Positions 20,160-30,693 are shown, counted from the stretch's first letter. The stretch: 64,000 nt of DNA from Flavobacteriales bacterium (GCA_046155615.1 JBJXFP010000096.1:398-64397), one strand, 5' to 3'. Numbers and translations: made by a program. The notes: generated by a model not told the origin, from the sequence alone.

Positions 20160-22502
20160 ATGAAATTGAAATTTATTTTAACCCACCTGCTTGTGCTGAC
20201 GGCAGGCATTGCCACACATGCCCAATCCTACACCATCAGCGGCAGCATAAAGGATGAAAAAAATGGAGAAGACCTGCTGGGTGCAGTGGTGACGGTGAAT
20301 GAATTGCCCGGGCAAGGTGCTGAGGCCAACAGCTATGGTTTCTATAGCCTTACACTGCCCAAAGGCAATTACACGCTGCTGTTTCAATACATAGGTTACC
20401 TAACCAAAGAAGTGAGTGTGAATTTGAGCACAGACCAGACCCTGAATGTGAGCATAGCAGGCGAGGCTACTGCCACCGCGGCAGTGGTGATAACCGATGA
20501 AAAGGCTGAAAAAAATGTGCGCAGTACAGAAATGGGTGTGACACACATTGACCCGCGCAGCATTGCCAACGTGCCCGTGCTGTTTGGCGAACGAGACATC
20601 ATCAAAGTATTGCAGATGACACCGGGGGTGAAGAGTGCCGGTGAGGGCAGCATCGGTTTTTATGTGCGTGGTGGCAGTGCCGACCAAAATCTGGTGCTGC
20701 TGGATGAAGCTCCGGTTTACAATGCATCGCATCTGCTTGGCTTCTTCAGTGTGTTCAATAGTGATGCGCTGAAGGATGTGACACTCTATAAAGGCGGAAT
20801 GCCTGCTGAGTATGGTGGCCGTGCAAGCAGTGTGATGGATATCAAGATGAAGGATGGCAACAGCAAAAAATTTGGTGTAACAGGCGGACTTGGAATCATC
20901 TCATCAAGACTTACACTGGAAGGCCCATTGGTGAAAGACCGAGGCTCATTCATAGTGAGTGGCCGCAGAACTTATGCTGATATGTTCCTCGCTCTGTCCA
21001 AAAATGAAGATTTGAAAAAATCTGAACTCTACTTCTATGACCTGAACATGAAAGCCAACTACCGAATCAATGAAAAGAACCGCGTATTTCTTTCAGGTTA
21101 CTTCGGGCGTGATGTGTTTGGAATTGATGATGTGTTTGGCTTTGGATGGGGTAACGCCACAGGTACTTTGAGATGGAACAGCATCATTACCGACAAACTA
21201 TTCAGCAATACTTCGCTCATTTTTTCGAATTACAATTACTTGTTCTCGTTCAATGCCAGTGGCAGCGATGTCAAATTCAGCAGCAGTATTCGCGACTGGA
21301 ATCTGAAACAAGATTTCAGCTTTTTCCCCAATCCGCATAACAAAATAAAATTCGGGGTGAATGCCTTGTACCACACGTTCATACCCGGAGTGGTGGAGAG
21401 TGACTACGAAAGTTTTACTGATACCAAACTGACCAACCGATATGCGCTTGAAGGCGGAGTGTATGTGCAAAACGAACAAAGCATCAACGAAGCCTGGAGC
21501 ATACAATATGGATTGCGCTACAGCTATTTTGATTACATGGGTGAGGGTAAGGCATACACCTTTGACACCGAAGGCAAGAAAACTTCTGAAACAATATTTG
21601 ATGAATGGGAGAGTATTAAAAAATATGGTGGTGCTGAACCAAGGCTGAGCGTCAGGTATGCAATAGACAAGAACAGCAGCATCAAAGCGCAGGCTAACCG
21701 CGCCATGCAGTATTTGCATTTGCTGAGCAACAGCACTTCAGGTTCGCCTACTGATATATGGGTGCCCAGCAGTAACAATGTGAAGCCACAAATAGCCGAT
21801 CAAATTGCAGCGGGTTATTTCCGCAACCTGGCCAACAACAGCTATGAATTTTCCGTGGAGGGCTACTACAAACTGCTAAAGAACCAGATTGATTACCGCA
21901 ATGGTGCCGATCTCTTCTTCAATGACGAGGCAGAGGGCCAGCTCATCTATGGCAAGGGCCGGGCGTATGGTGCCGAGTTGCAGGTGAAAAAACAGTCTGG
22001 ATCACTTACAGGTTGGATCAGCTACACATGGTCGCGCTCACTACGCACCTTCAGTGATATAAATGATGGCAGCGAATTTTCTGCGAAGCAGGATAGAATA
22101 CATGATATAGCCATAGTGGCCATGTATAAGCTGAATGAACGCATTGGCCTAAGTGCCAACTGGGTGTACAACACAGGCAGCGCAGTCAGTTTCCCAAGTG
22201 GCAAATACTACATTGATGGCAAAGCATTGCCTTATTACACTGAGCGCAATGGCTATCGCATGCCTGCATACCATCGCATGGATGTAGGTGTGAACATCGA
22301 AACAAAAAAGACAAGCATGTGGGCGCTGCGTCATCCGGATTTTGAATCATCATGGAACATATCAGTGTACAATGTGTATGCACGTGAGAACGCATACAGT
22401 ATCACATTCAGGCAAAACGAAGACAACCCTGAACAGACAGAAGCAGTGCGCACTGCATTGTTCAAAATAATTCCGAGCATTACTTACAATTTTACTTTCT
22501 GA
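20160..22502 (+). CDS. TonB-dependent receptor with N-terminal carboxypeptidase-regulatory-like domain
   Basis: Start at MKLKFILTHLLVLTAGIATHAQ (an alternative ATG is at 20136). It has a CarboxypepD_reg-like YTISGSIKDEKNGEDLLGAVV, a plug region (DIIKVLQMTPGV, FYVRGG) and a C-terminal aromatic ...YNFTF. Confidence 0.85.
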   Translation: MKLKFILTHLLVLTAGIATHAQSYTISGSIKDEKNGEDLLGAVVTVNELPGQGAEANSYGFYSLTLPKGNYTLLFQYIGYLTKEVSVNLSTDQTLNVSIAGEATATAAVVITDEKAEKNVRSTEMGVTHIDPRSIANVPVLFGERDIIKVLQMTPGVKSAGEGSIGFYVRGGSADQNLVLLDEAPVYNASHLLGFFSVFNSDALKDVTLYKGGMPAEYGGRASSVMDIKMKDGNSKKFGVTGGLGIISSRLTLEGPLVKDRGSFIVSGRRTYADMFLALSKNEDLKKSELYFYDLNMKANYRINEKNRVFLSGYFGRDVFGIDDVFGFGWGNATGTLRWNSIITDKLFSNTSLIFSNYNYLFSFNASGSDVKFSSSIRDWNLKQDFSFFPNPHNKIKFGVNALYHTFIPGVVESDYESFTDTKLTNRYALEGGVYVQNEQSINEAWSIQYGLRYSYFDYMGEGKAYTFDTEGKKTSETIFDEWESIKKYGGAEPRLSVRYAIDKNSSIKAQANRAMQYLHLLSNSTSGSPTDIWVPSSNNVKPQIADQIAAGYFRNLANNSYEFSVEGYYKLLKNQIDYRNGADLFFNDEAEGQLIYGKGRAYGAELQVKKQSGSLTGWISYTWSRSLRTFSDINDGSEFSAKQDRIHDIAIVAMYKLNERIGLSANWVYNTGSAVSFPSGKYYIDGKALPYYTERNGYRMPAYHRMDVGVNIETKKTSMWALRHPDFESSWNISVYNVYARENAYSITFRQNEDNPEQTEAVRTALFKIIPSITYNFTF

Positions 22503-22530
22503 GAAAACAAACTGCAACACAACAACAGAC

Positions 22531-23340
22531 ATGAAAAAAGCAATAGGCATATTGAGCATAGCCGCAACGCTTGCGATGATTCAAAGCTGCACTAAGGTGA
22601 TAGAAATAGACCTCAATGAAGCTGATCAAAAACTGGTGATAGAAGGCTATGTATATGAAGGCAACAGCACAATTGAAGTACTGCTGACGCGAACTACAAG
22701 CTACTTCGATGCAGGCGGACCTCTGCCAGTGGATGGTGCCACAGTGAAGGTGACCATGCCCAATGCAAGCGTGATAACTCTAACTCCGGCAGGCGATGGC
22801 TACTACCGCGCTGAGGGTGTTGCGGTAGTCAACAATGCAACATACGCATTGGAAGTGACAGAAGGCGGCAACACATATACTTCTACATCATATATGCCTG
22901 TACCTGTTCCTATTGATTCACTTACACAAGAATTTCAGGAAGGAATTTTCGGTGGTGAAGACAGCTACAATGTGTTCATCAACTACCAGGATCAATTCGG
23001 TAAAAACTTTTACCGTGCACGTGCATGGGTAGATGGCATATACCTGCAGGAGCCGGGTGAGATTCAGATGTTTGATGACAACCTGAATGATGGCAACTAC
23101 ATACGCATTCCACTTTTTGTTACAACCTTTCAGGCCGGAGATACGGTGGAAGTTGAGCTGCAAAGCATGAGCCCTGAGACCTATGAATTTTTTCAAACCT
23201 TCGCTTTGGCTGCCAGCGAAGATGCCGGTAGTCCTTTCACGGCTGCACCAGCCAATCCCGAAACCAACATCAAGGGAGGTGCGCTCGGAGTGTGGGCTGC
23301 AATTGCAGTTAGTCGTGACACTATAGCTGTGGTGGAATAG
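22531..23340 (+). CDS. DUF4249-like lipoprotein, partner of the upstream TonB-dependent receptor
   Basis: Lipoprotein signal MKKAIGILSIAATLAMIQSC. About 270 aa, starting 29 nt after the receptor gene, an arrangement I recall as typical for DUF4249. Confidence 0.6.
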   Translation: MKKAIGILSIAATLAMIQSCTKVIEIDLNEADQKLVIEGYVYEGNSTIEVLLTRTTSYFDAGGPLPVDGATVKVTMPNASVITLTPAGDGYYRAEGVAVVNNATYALEVTEGGNTYTSTSYMPVPVPIDSLTQEFQEGIFGGEDSYNVFINYQDQFGKNFYRARAWVDGIYLQEPGEIQMFDDNLNDGNYIRIPLFVTTFQAGDTVEVELQSMSPETYEFFQTFALAASEDAGSPFTAAPANPETNIKGGALGVWAAIAVSRDTIAVVE

Positions 23341-23474
23341 AAAAAGCAACGCATGAGTGTGTAAGCATTTTGCGGACTTTAGTCCGTGGCTTTAGTGATA
23401 AATGACTGAACGGTGAAGCCAGGTTCTGCCCATGGTGTTTTGTGGTTATGAAAATGGAGACATGATGGCGATCG

Positions 23475-25184
23475 ATGCACATTTACCGCCAATTCAATAC
23501 TTCAGTTTTTATGTGCACCAACATTTCACGTTTCATTCTATCGTCAACTGGTACAATCCTGTTGGTAATCTTTTGCTCTTCCTGTTCATTCAAAAATGAA
23601 GAGGCGGATCTGATCATACACAACGCACGCATCTATACTGTGGATGCTAGCTTCTCTATTCAGGAAGCCATGGCAGTGAAGAACGGAATAATCATAGCCA
23701 TTGGGCCGGAGCGCGAAATACTGAACAAGTATGATGCACCTAAAATGATTGATGCACAAAAGCGCGCTGTATTTCCCGGATTCATCGATGCGCATTGTCA
23801 TGCTCTTGCGTATGGACATTCCTTGAATGAAGTTGATCTTGTTGGCACATCATCTTTTGCAGAAGTGTTAGAAAAAGTGAAAGCATTCAGTGTGGCACAT
23901 CCCGGAAAGAAATGGATAACAGGACGCGGCTGGGATCAAAATGATTGGGCAGACAAAAATTTTCCTGATCGGGCAGCATTGGACTCATTATATCCAAGCA
24001 CCCCGGTTGTTTTAGAACGCATAGATGGACACGCAATGTTGGCAAACAATGCAGCACTTCTGGCAGCGGGAATCAAAGCGGGTCAAACTATTTTGGGCGG
24101 AGAATATCAAACCACTGGAGACAAACTCACCGGCATTTTGGTTGACAATGCGATGAACATCATGTTCGACACCATGCCAGAACCAACGGATGAAGAAAAC
24201 ACAGCCGCTTGGCTGGCTGCACAAGAAGATTGTTTCCGGCATGGCCTTACCACGGTGGACGATGCAGGGCTTTTGCTCCGAGACATTTGGCTTATTAAAA
24301 AACTGCAACAAGAAGAGAAATTGAAATTGCGCATTTATGCCATGCTGAGTGATGACACTACCAACTTCAATTACTATCAAAAGCATGGCATCGATACGAG
24401 TGCGCTGCTAACTGTCCGGTCATTCAAATTTTATGCTGATGGCGCGCTCGGTTCGCGTGGTGCGTGTTTGCTCAGTCCCTACGAAGATTTGTTGCCTGCA
24501 CGCAGCTATGGCAAGCTGCTCAGTGAAATGGAACACTTCCGCTCGCGTGCTTATGATTTGCGCAAGCTCGGTTTTCAGATGTGTACACATGCCATTGGCG
24601 ACAGTGCTAACCGCGTGATGCTCGATTTGTATGGCGAAGTGTGGAGTGATACTACAGCGGATCATCGCTGGCGTATTGAACATGCACAAGTGGTGCATGA
24701 AAAGGATATTGAAAAATTCAAACGATACAATGTGATACCAAGTGTACAGCCCACTCATGCGACAAGCGATATGCCGTGGGCAGCAGACCGACTCGGACGC
24801 AACCGTGTGTTTCGCGCATACAGTTATCTCGAATTAAAAAATCAACTCGGAATGCTTGCGCTTGGCACTGATTGCCCTATCGAAGGCATTTCACCTTTTG
24901 CAACATTTTATGCAGCCATTGCAAGAAAGGACAAAGACGGCAAACCTGCCGAAGGCTGGCAAATGGAGAATGCAATCAGCAGACAAGATGCACTCATGGG
25001 TATGACTATATGGGCTGCAATGGCCAACTACGAAGACCACCACAAAGGTTCGCTTGAGGTAGGTAAGTATGCAGACTTCGTTTTGCTTGACAGAGACATC
25101 ATGCAAACAGATGCGGAAAAAATTCTCGAATCACAAGTAATTACCACTGTGTTGAATGGAGAAGTGGTGTACCAGAAAATGTAA
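23475..25184 (+). CDS. Amidohydrolase-family metallohydrolase (YtcJ-like, Amidohydro_3)
   Basis: Metal-binding GFIDAHCHA. Size is about 560 aa. An alternative start at 23511 gives a lipoprotein-like signal ending FCSSC. Confidence 0.8.
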   Translation: MHIYRQFNTSVFMCTNISRFILSSTGTILLVIFCSSCSFKNEEADLIIHNARIYTVDASFSIQEAMAVKNGIIIAIGPEREILNKYDAPKMIDAQKRAVFPGFIDAHCHALAYGHSLNEVDLVGTSSFAEVLEKVKAFSVAHPGKKWITGRGWDQNDWADKNFPDRAALDSLYPSTPVVLERIDGHAMLANNAALLAAGIKAGQTILGGEYQTTGDKLTGILVDNAMNIMFDTMPEPTDEENTAAWLAAQEDCFRHGLTTVDDAGLLLRDIWLIKKLQQEEKLKLRIYAMLSDDTTNFNYYQKHGIDTSALLTVRSFKFYADGALGSRGACLLSPYEDLLPARSYGKLLSEMEHFRSRAYDLRKLGFQMCTHAIGDSANRVMLDLYGEVWSDTTADHRWRIEHAQVVHEKDIEKFKRYNVIPSVQPTHATSDMPWAADRLGRNRVFRAYSYLELKNQLGMLALGTDCPIEGISPFATFYAAIARKDKDGKPAEGWQMENAISRQDALMGMTIWAAMANYEDHHKGSLEVGKYADFVLLDRDIMQTDAEKILESQVITTVLNGEVVYQKM

Positions 25185-25238
25185 GGTTGTGAAATTAGTT
25201 TCTCTATTATTGTCTTCTAAATCTAAACCAGATCTAAT

Positions 25239-25895
25239 ATGAAAACACAATTACACAGATTACTTGCAGCATTGTACCTGTTTACATTGTTGCTCAGCAG
25301 TTGCAAAACAAGCAATGATGTGATGAGCGACCGCCTCATTCAAAAACGGAAGTACAACAATGGATTTTTCGTGGAAAAGAAATCTGGGCCAACAGAGAAA
25401 ACCACAACTGTTGTTCAAAAAGAAAATGCATTAACCAATGAGGTTGCTCCGATAACTAAGACCGATTCCAAGCCAACAACGGAAGAACCAAAGCCCGCAG
25501 CCTTACCTGCTGATGTAGTGGTAGCCGAAAAAAAGGATGCAAAGACAGAATCAAAGCCAGCCCTATTGCCGAAGATAAAGTTGAAAATGAAAGAAGATGA
25601 AGATTCGAAATGGACTGCATCTGTTTGGAATGCGGTAGTTGCACCGTCATCACCTGATGCTGCTGAACAGACCACAGGAGAAGGTGGTGGATTAAGCATT
25701 GCATCATTAATTATTTCCATAGTAGGATGGATAGTGCCATGGCAAATTGGAATTGTGCTTTTGGGCCTCGCTTTGATACTTGGAGTGCTTGGTCTAAAGA
25801 AAAATGTTAGGCGTGGCGCTGCCATCGCGGGAATTGTCATTTCACTTGTGGGACTCATTTTTGTGATGATTGCGATGTCAATGGGCATTGTTTGA
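25239..25895 (+). CDS. Hypothetical lipoprotein / membrane protein with C-terminal DUF4190-like double TM
   Basis: Signal plus lipobox LLLSSC, a Lys/Thr/Pro-rich linker, and two C-terminal hydrophobic helices. Confidence 0.55.
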   Translation: MKTQLHRLLAALYLFTLLLSSCKTSNDVMSDRLIQKRKYNNGFFVEKKSGPTEKTTTVVQKENALTNEVAPITKTDSKPTTEEPKPAALPADVVVAEKKDAKTESKPALLPKIKLKMKEDEDSKWTASVWNAVVAPSSPDAAEQTTGEGGGLSIASLIISIVGWIVPWQIGIVLLGLALILGVLGLKKNVRRGAAIAGIVISLVGLIFVMIAMSMGIV

Positions 25896-25946
25896 AAAAT
25901 AAAACGATGATTTTATTCGGCACTTTTAGCTGATTGAAAGAAAAGA

Positions 25947-25983
25947 GGCTGACAGAATTACTTGCTGTCAGCCCCTTTTTTTT
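25947..25983 (+). terminator. Rho-independent terminator between convergent genes
   Basis: Stem ggctgacag / ctgtcagcc followed by a T tract at 25975-25983. Confidence 0.65.
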
Positions 25984-25998
25984 ATGCCACAGGATCTC

Positions 25999-27447
25999 TC
26001 AATACCTGAATCCCAAAGAAAGCAGGAAGTTCAATTTGGTAGCTGTGATGTTGGCCGGTTGGTTATCTATGGTTTGATAGAGATAATATGTACGATCGTC
26101 AGAAGCATAGCTTGCAGCAAGATCGCAAAAGAAATAATCAGTGCGATAACCAAAACCACCTGAGTATGTAAGCCATGAAGAATTTGCCGCAACTCCATTC
26201 ACAAAAGGACTCTGCTGATAAAGCACGCCACCGCGCAGAGCAAATTCTTTGGCCACACGCATCTCCAGCCCTGCACCTACGCGATGCACACCGCGGTAAA
26301 TGGTGCTTATCACATCATTCTCCGTTTCGTAGTTGTAATTGTTGCTGCCGCTTCCACGCATATCCATGTTGTTGTATGCGGCATATTCATAGTCAGCAGT
26401 TATCACTCCTGCTTTACCAAGCACAAAGGCCGCATTGGCCAACAGACGTGAGGGGGTGCGCAACTTGTAGGTAGTTACCAGCATGGGCGAATTCCAGTCG
26501 TGAGTTGTACCATTCTGCTCTGCACTGGTCATCGTCACATTGTAGTTCTCCCTAAATCCAATGGCTGCCGGTGTGTGGTATGCAACGCCTGCTCTGAGCC
26601 ATTGTGTGGGTTTCACTATTACCCCCAACTTCAGGCTCACGCCATTTCCATTGGACCGTAGTGTTTCGTTGTATGCAATGTTTTTCAAGGCCTCATCACT
26701 TTCATAGTTTTCTGTGTAGGTGCTTTGGTCGTAAAAAGATGTACTGATGTAATTGAGTGATGCACCTATCTGCAACACATCGCGGTAGTTCGCTCCAAAA
26801 CCGAATGATGTTTCGCCTTGTGCGCCAGTTCTTCTTATGTTTTTATGTTGTTGCACTATGCCCTGTCCGGCATTGGGCACGTAGCTAACGCCTGCGGTGT
26901 CCTGTGGATCTATTGCATATACCTGATAAGCCAGCCCGGCCCCGAACGGAAACTCATCAGTAACCAAATCTGGATGGGTGCCGCTTGCTTGCGTAGCAAA
27001 TACCTGCAGTATGCTGCTGCCAAATGGTGCGCCTGTTATGCTGATTCTTTCATTGAAGTTGTTGGTCTTAGTATAGCCAATACCAAAGTTGATGTCCGTC
27101 CAGTCTTTGTGTTTTGGTTTTTTGTTTCCAATCATACCGGCTGTGTTCACATAAAACGGTGTGCTGCTGTTGCTGCTGCTACTTCCTTCGTATTGCGCAT
27201 CAGTAACGTGACTAAGCAGGCCGAATGAACATTCAAATCCGGCACGTTTGTACGTGCCCATGCCGGCAGGATTTGTAAAAATGCTGCTGATGTCTGCACC
27301 AAGCGCACCAAAGGACGAACCCATGGATAAGCTGCGAGCGCTTGCCGCACGCTGAGTGTATGAATAGCGCAGTGCATCCGTTTCGTTTTGTGCATTGGTT
27401 GTGGCACAGATGGCTACGAGCCAGCAAAACATTACTTGCTTTTTCAT
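25999..27447 (-). CDS. Outer-membrane beta-barrel protein (FadL/TodX-like; family uncertain)
   Basis: Start reset to MKKQVMFCWLVAICATTNAQ (ATG at 27447). Has the N-terminal motif ARSLSMGSSFGALGADISSIFTNPAGMG, alternating beta-strand pattern and a C-terminal ...LGFRY. Confidence 0.65.
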   Translation of the reverse strand: MKKQVMFCWLVAICATTNAQNETDALRYSYTQRAASARSLSMGSSFGALGADISSIFTNPAGMGTYKRAGFECSFGLLSHVTDAQYEGSSSSNSSTPFYVNTAGMIGNKKPKHKDWTDINFGIGYTKTNNFNERISITGAPFGSSILQVFATQASGTHPDLVTDEFPFGAGLAYQVYAIDPQDTAGVSYVPNAGQGIVQQHKNIRRTGAQGETSFGFGANYRDVLQIGASLNYISTSFYDQSTYTENYESDEALKNIAYNETLRSNGNGVSLKLGVIVKPTQWLRAGVAYHTPAAIGFRENYNVTMTSAEQNGTTHDWNSPMLVTTYKLRTPSRLLANAAFVLGKAGVITADYEYAAYNNMDMRGSGSNNYNYETENDVISTIYRGVHRVGAGLEMRVAKEFALRGGVLYQQSPFVNGVAANSSWLTYSGGFGYRTDYFFCDLAASYASDDRTYYLYQTIDNQPANITATKLNFLLSLGFRY

Positions 27448-27475
27448 GAAGTAAAAGTTTTTTGTATTTAAGAAA

Positions 27476-29095
27476 TTATTTTCTGCGTGCACCACCAGTG
27501 CTGCCACCTCCACCGGAGCCTCCGCTGCGCGAGCCGCCACTTCCACCACCAGAGGGTTTGCTACCACCGCCACCACCTGAAGATGGACTGATGCGCCCAC
27601 CACCTCCACCTGAGTTACCTCCAGATGGTTTTACTGAAGGTGAGGGTGACGATGGTTTGGGATCGGGTTTACGAACCTCAGGTTTTGGTTCTGGTCTGCT
27701 ATTGTTCTCCGGTTCGCGCACTATCGGTTTGGTGGTGTTCGAATTATTTCCTGCGCTGTTGCTTGCAGGTTTTGATGCGGCAGGTGTGGTGTATTCTTTT
27801 TCAGGTTTTGCAGCCTCTCTTACAGGCGTAGCATCTCTGGTATTATCTGGTTTGCTGCCAGTATTGTTGCTTGCAGGTTTATTGTTTTTTGATTCTGTTG
27901 AGCCGCTTGTGTTGGCAGGTTTGGAAGTGGTTTGTCCACCACTTACATAAGTTGGTTTGGTGGCCGCAGTTCCTGGCTTTGGCCGTGGCATCGTGTAATA
28001 ATCCGATTCAGTATTTGATGCTACGGCTGGTTTTTCGTTTCCATTTTGTTGACCAACAAAAACAGGAACTTTTTCTATCACAGGCTTCTTCGTTTCGGTT
28101 GCTACATAAGTTGGAGACGCATGGTTCAATGAAGGGCTGTTCTCAGTTGGTTGCAATGCATGCACAACGGAAGGCTTATCAAATTCTCCATTGTTTTGAA
28201 AGTTGTTATTGCCAGCAATGTTGCCATTGTCTAATTCTTCTTCCGTGGGTTTGTGTATAGGATTCAAACCTATAGCCGGTTTTTTGTCACCATCAATGGC
28301 GTGTGGCTTGGTAAGGGCTAATGGTCGAAGAGTAGCATTGTCATAAGACGAGTTGATGGACGAACCGACAGAAACGTTTGGCCTTGGTCCATAAACTACA
28401 CCTGAATAGCTGTTGTTGTCGTCATTCCAATTGTTGCCACCACCATAGTATCCATTGCCGTAGTATCCATTGTTGCACCAACCATTGTTGCCATACCAAT
28501 TGTTATTGTAGCCATAGCCATTGTACCAGCCTCCGTAGCCATAGTTGCCGTACCATGGATTGTAGCCATAAGGATCATTCCAACACCAACCGTTGCCATA
28601 CCACGGATCGTTCCAGGGCGAGTACCAGTTGTTGTAATATGAATTGTTGAAGCCCCAACCCATTCCCCAGTAGCAGCGATAGCGCCAGCCATAAAATGGA
28701 TTCCATGTCAACATACCGTTTGAGCCATAAGGATTGCCGTAGTAACCATTCCACATACTACCGTATGGAGATTGGTAAACATTGCCATAGTAGTTATTTA
28801 CTACATCGCCATCGTTGTAGTCATCACTTGAATAGTTGTCCACCTGGCCATCATAGTATTCATCCTCCGATGTCGCGTTGTCCACCATATTCGGGTCCAC
28901 GTAGTCTTCGCCAGGCGTTTCATTCCCTTGCGCCACTTCATCATCCACAAGTGCAAAATCACTTATGAAATGTTCACCGGGTTGGTAATAGACTTCATCA
29001 TTTTCATACCTGGCGCCATTGGTAGCATAGCGTTGCTGTGTGCACGAGGTGATGAAGAAAACAATCGCTACGATGGGTAATAAGAATTTTTTCAT
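27476..29095 (-). CDS. Lipoprotein with acidic N-region, extreme Asn/Gly/Tyr/Trp-rich core, Pro/Thr/Lys/Ser-rich linker and Gly/Ser-rich tail
   Basis: Signal plus lipobox MKKFLLPIVAIVFFITSC. Residues about 100-230 are almost only N, G, Y, W, P with 3 Cys. The tail is GGNSGGGGGRISPSSGGGGGSKPSGGGSGGSRSGGSGGGGSTGGARRK. Confidence 0.7.
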   Translation of the reverse strand: MKKFLLPIVAIVFFITSCTQQRYATNGARYENDEVYYQPGEHFISDFALVDDEVAQGNETPGEDYVDPNMVDNATSEDEYYDGQVDNYSSDDYNDGDVVNNYYGNVYQSPYGSMWNGYYGNPYGSNGMLTWNPFYGWRYRCYWGMGWGFNNSYYNNWYSPWNDPWYGNGWCWNDPYGYNPWYGNYGYGGWYNGYGYNNNWYGNNGWCNNGYYGNGYYGGGNNWNDDNNSYSGVVYGPRPNVSVGSSINSSYDNATLRPLALTKPHAIDGDKKPAIGLNPIHKPTEEELDNGNIAGNNNFQNNGEFDKPSVVHALQPTENSPSLNHASPTYVATETKKPVIEKVPVFVGQQNGNEKPAVASNTESDYYTMPRPKPGTAATKPTYVSGGQTTSKPANTSGSTESKNNKPASNNTGSKPDNTRDATPVREAAKPEKEYTTPAASKPASNSAGNNSNTTKPIVREPENNSRPEPKPEVRKPDPKPSSPSPSVKPSGGNSGGGGGRISPSSGGGGGSKPSGGGSGGSRSGGSGGGGSTGGARRK

Positions 29096-29214
29096 GGCAT
29101 TGAGATTTTACTTGTTGATGAAAAAAGTATGGCTGCTGCAAGCTCAAAAATAGACTCCTTCAACTGGGAATTATTTTGGCCACCGGATTTTACCAACAAC
29201 CATACCACACGACC

Positions 29215-30693
29215 ATGGCTGAAAAGCTCACCCCACGTGCCACTGACTATAGTAAATGGTACAACGACCTTGTAATAAATGCTGACCTTGCAGAGCACAG
29301 CGCAGTGCGCGGCTGCATGGTCATCAAGCCTTATGGCTTTGCTATCTGGGAAAAAATGCGCGATGCATTGGACAAAATGTTTAAAGACACAGGGCATCAG
29401 AATGCCTACTTCCCGCTGTTCGTTCCAAGAAGTTTTTTGGAAAAAGAAGAAGGACATGCCGAAGGCTTTGCCAAGGAATGCGCTGTGGTCACCCACTATC
29501 GCTTGAAAGTGAATCCTGACGAAAAGGGAAAACTGATGGTGGACCCTGACTCGAAGCTGGAAGAAGAACTGATAGTGCGTCCAACAAGCGAAGCCATCAT
29601 TTGGAATACTTACAAGGGTTGGATACAGAGCTACCGCGACTTGCCGATACTCATAAATCAGTGGGCCAATGTGGTGAGGTGGGAAATGCGCACGCGATTG
29701 TTTTTGCGTACTGCCGAGTTTCTATGGCAGGAAGGACATACAGCTCACGCCAATGCACCAGAGGCCATGGCCGAAACCGAACAAATGTTGAATGTGTATG
29801 CAGATTTTGCAGAAAGATGGATGGCCATGCCTGTGATAAAAGGAAGAAAAACAGAAAGTGAACGCTTTGCCGGTGCGCTTGACACAATGTGTATAGAAGC
29901 ACTCATGCAAGACGGTAAAGCGTTGCAGGCCGGCACATCACATTTTCTGGGGCAGAATTTTGCCAAAGCCTTCGATGTAAAATTCCAAAGCAAAGAAGGT
30001 GTGCTCGACTATGTATGGGCTACCTCGTGGGGTGTAAGTACACGCCTGATGGGAGCTCTGATAATGACACACAGTGACGATAACGGCTTGCGATTGCCAC
30101 CCATGCTTGCTCCAATTCATGTGGTTATTGTGCCTATTTACAAAGGCCTTGAGCAGCTTGAGACTATTTCGCAAAAGGTGAAGCCATTGATAAACGAATT
30201 GCAGGCGAAAGGAATAACAGTGAAATATGACAATGATGATAGCAAACGCAGTGGATGGAAATTTGCAGAATATGAATTGAAGGGTGTTCCTGTGCGGCTT
30301 GCCCTTGGGCCAAAAGATTTGGAAAATGGAACTGTTGAGATAGCGAGGAGAGATAATAGCACCAAAGAGAATCGCGCATTTGATGGTATTGCAACTCATA
30401 TCGAACAGTTGCTTAGCGAAATTCAGGAAAACCTGTTTAGTCAGGCCATGGCGCACCGCACAGCACACATTACCAAAGTAGATAGCTACGATGATTTCAA
30501 GAAACTGCTGGATGAGAAAGGCGGCTTCTTCCTTGCTCATTGGGACGGCACCAAGGAGACTGAAGACAAAGTAAAGGATGAAACAAAGGCTACCATTCGC
30601 TGTATTCCACTTGACTCTGACATGCAAGAAGGCATGTGCATGGTGACAGGCAAACACAGCAAGCAGAGAGTTCTGTTTGCGCGTGCGTATTAA
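29215..30693 (+). CDS. proS: Proline--tRNA ligase (archaeal/eukaryotic-type architecture)
   Basis: Start at [20 protein letters not shown]. Class II aaRS motifs are present, and the length of about 492 aa is typical of the Bacteroidota ProRS. Confidence 0.95.
   Translation: MAEKLTPRATDYSKWYNDLVINADLAEHSAVRGCMVIKPYGFAIWEKMRDALDKMFKDTGHQNAYFPLFVPRSFLEKEEGHAEGFAKECAVVTHYRLKVNPDEKGKLMVDPDSKLEEELIVRPTSEAIIWNTYKGWIQSYRDLPILINQWANVVRWEMRTRLFLRTAEFLWQEGHTAHANAPEAMAETEQMLNVYADFAERWMAMPVIKGRKTESERFAGALDTMCIEALMQDGKALQAGTSHFLGQNFAKAFDVKFQSKEGVLDYVWATSWGVSTRLMGALIMTHSDDNGLRLPPMLAPIHVVIVPIYKGLEQLETISQKVKPLINELQAKGITVKYDNDDSKRSGWKFAEYELKGVPVRLALGPKDLENGTVEIARRDNSTKENRAFDGIATHIEQLLSEIQENLFSQAMAHRTAHITKVDSYDDFKKLLDEKGGFFLAHWDGTKETEDKVKDETKATIRCIPLDSDMQEGMCMVTGKHSKQRVLFARAY

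Noticed and set aside
27448-27609. N-terminal 54 aa extension (MEVVGASVHLQ...) of the beta-barrel ORF
   Set aside because: The extension overlaps the upstream lipoprotein gene's Gly-rich tail in another frame. The internal MKKQVMFCWLVAICATTNAQ is a proper signal peptide, so the start was reset to 27447.
27462-27950. 162 aa Pro/Gly/Leu-rich plus-strand ORF
   Set aside because: It is the reverse complement of the Gly/Ser-rich and Pro/Lys-rich tail of the lipoprotein gene, so it is a low-complexity mirror artefact.
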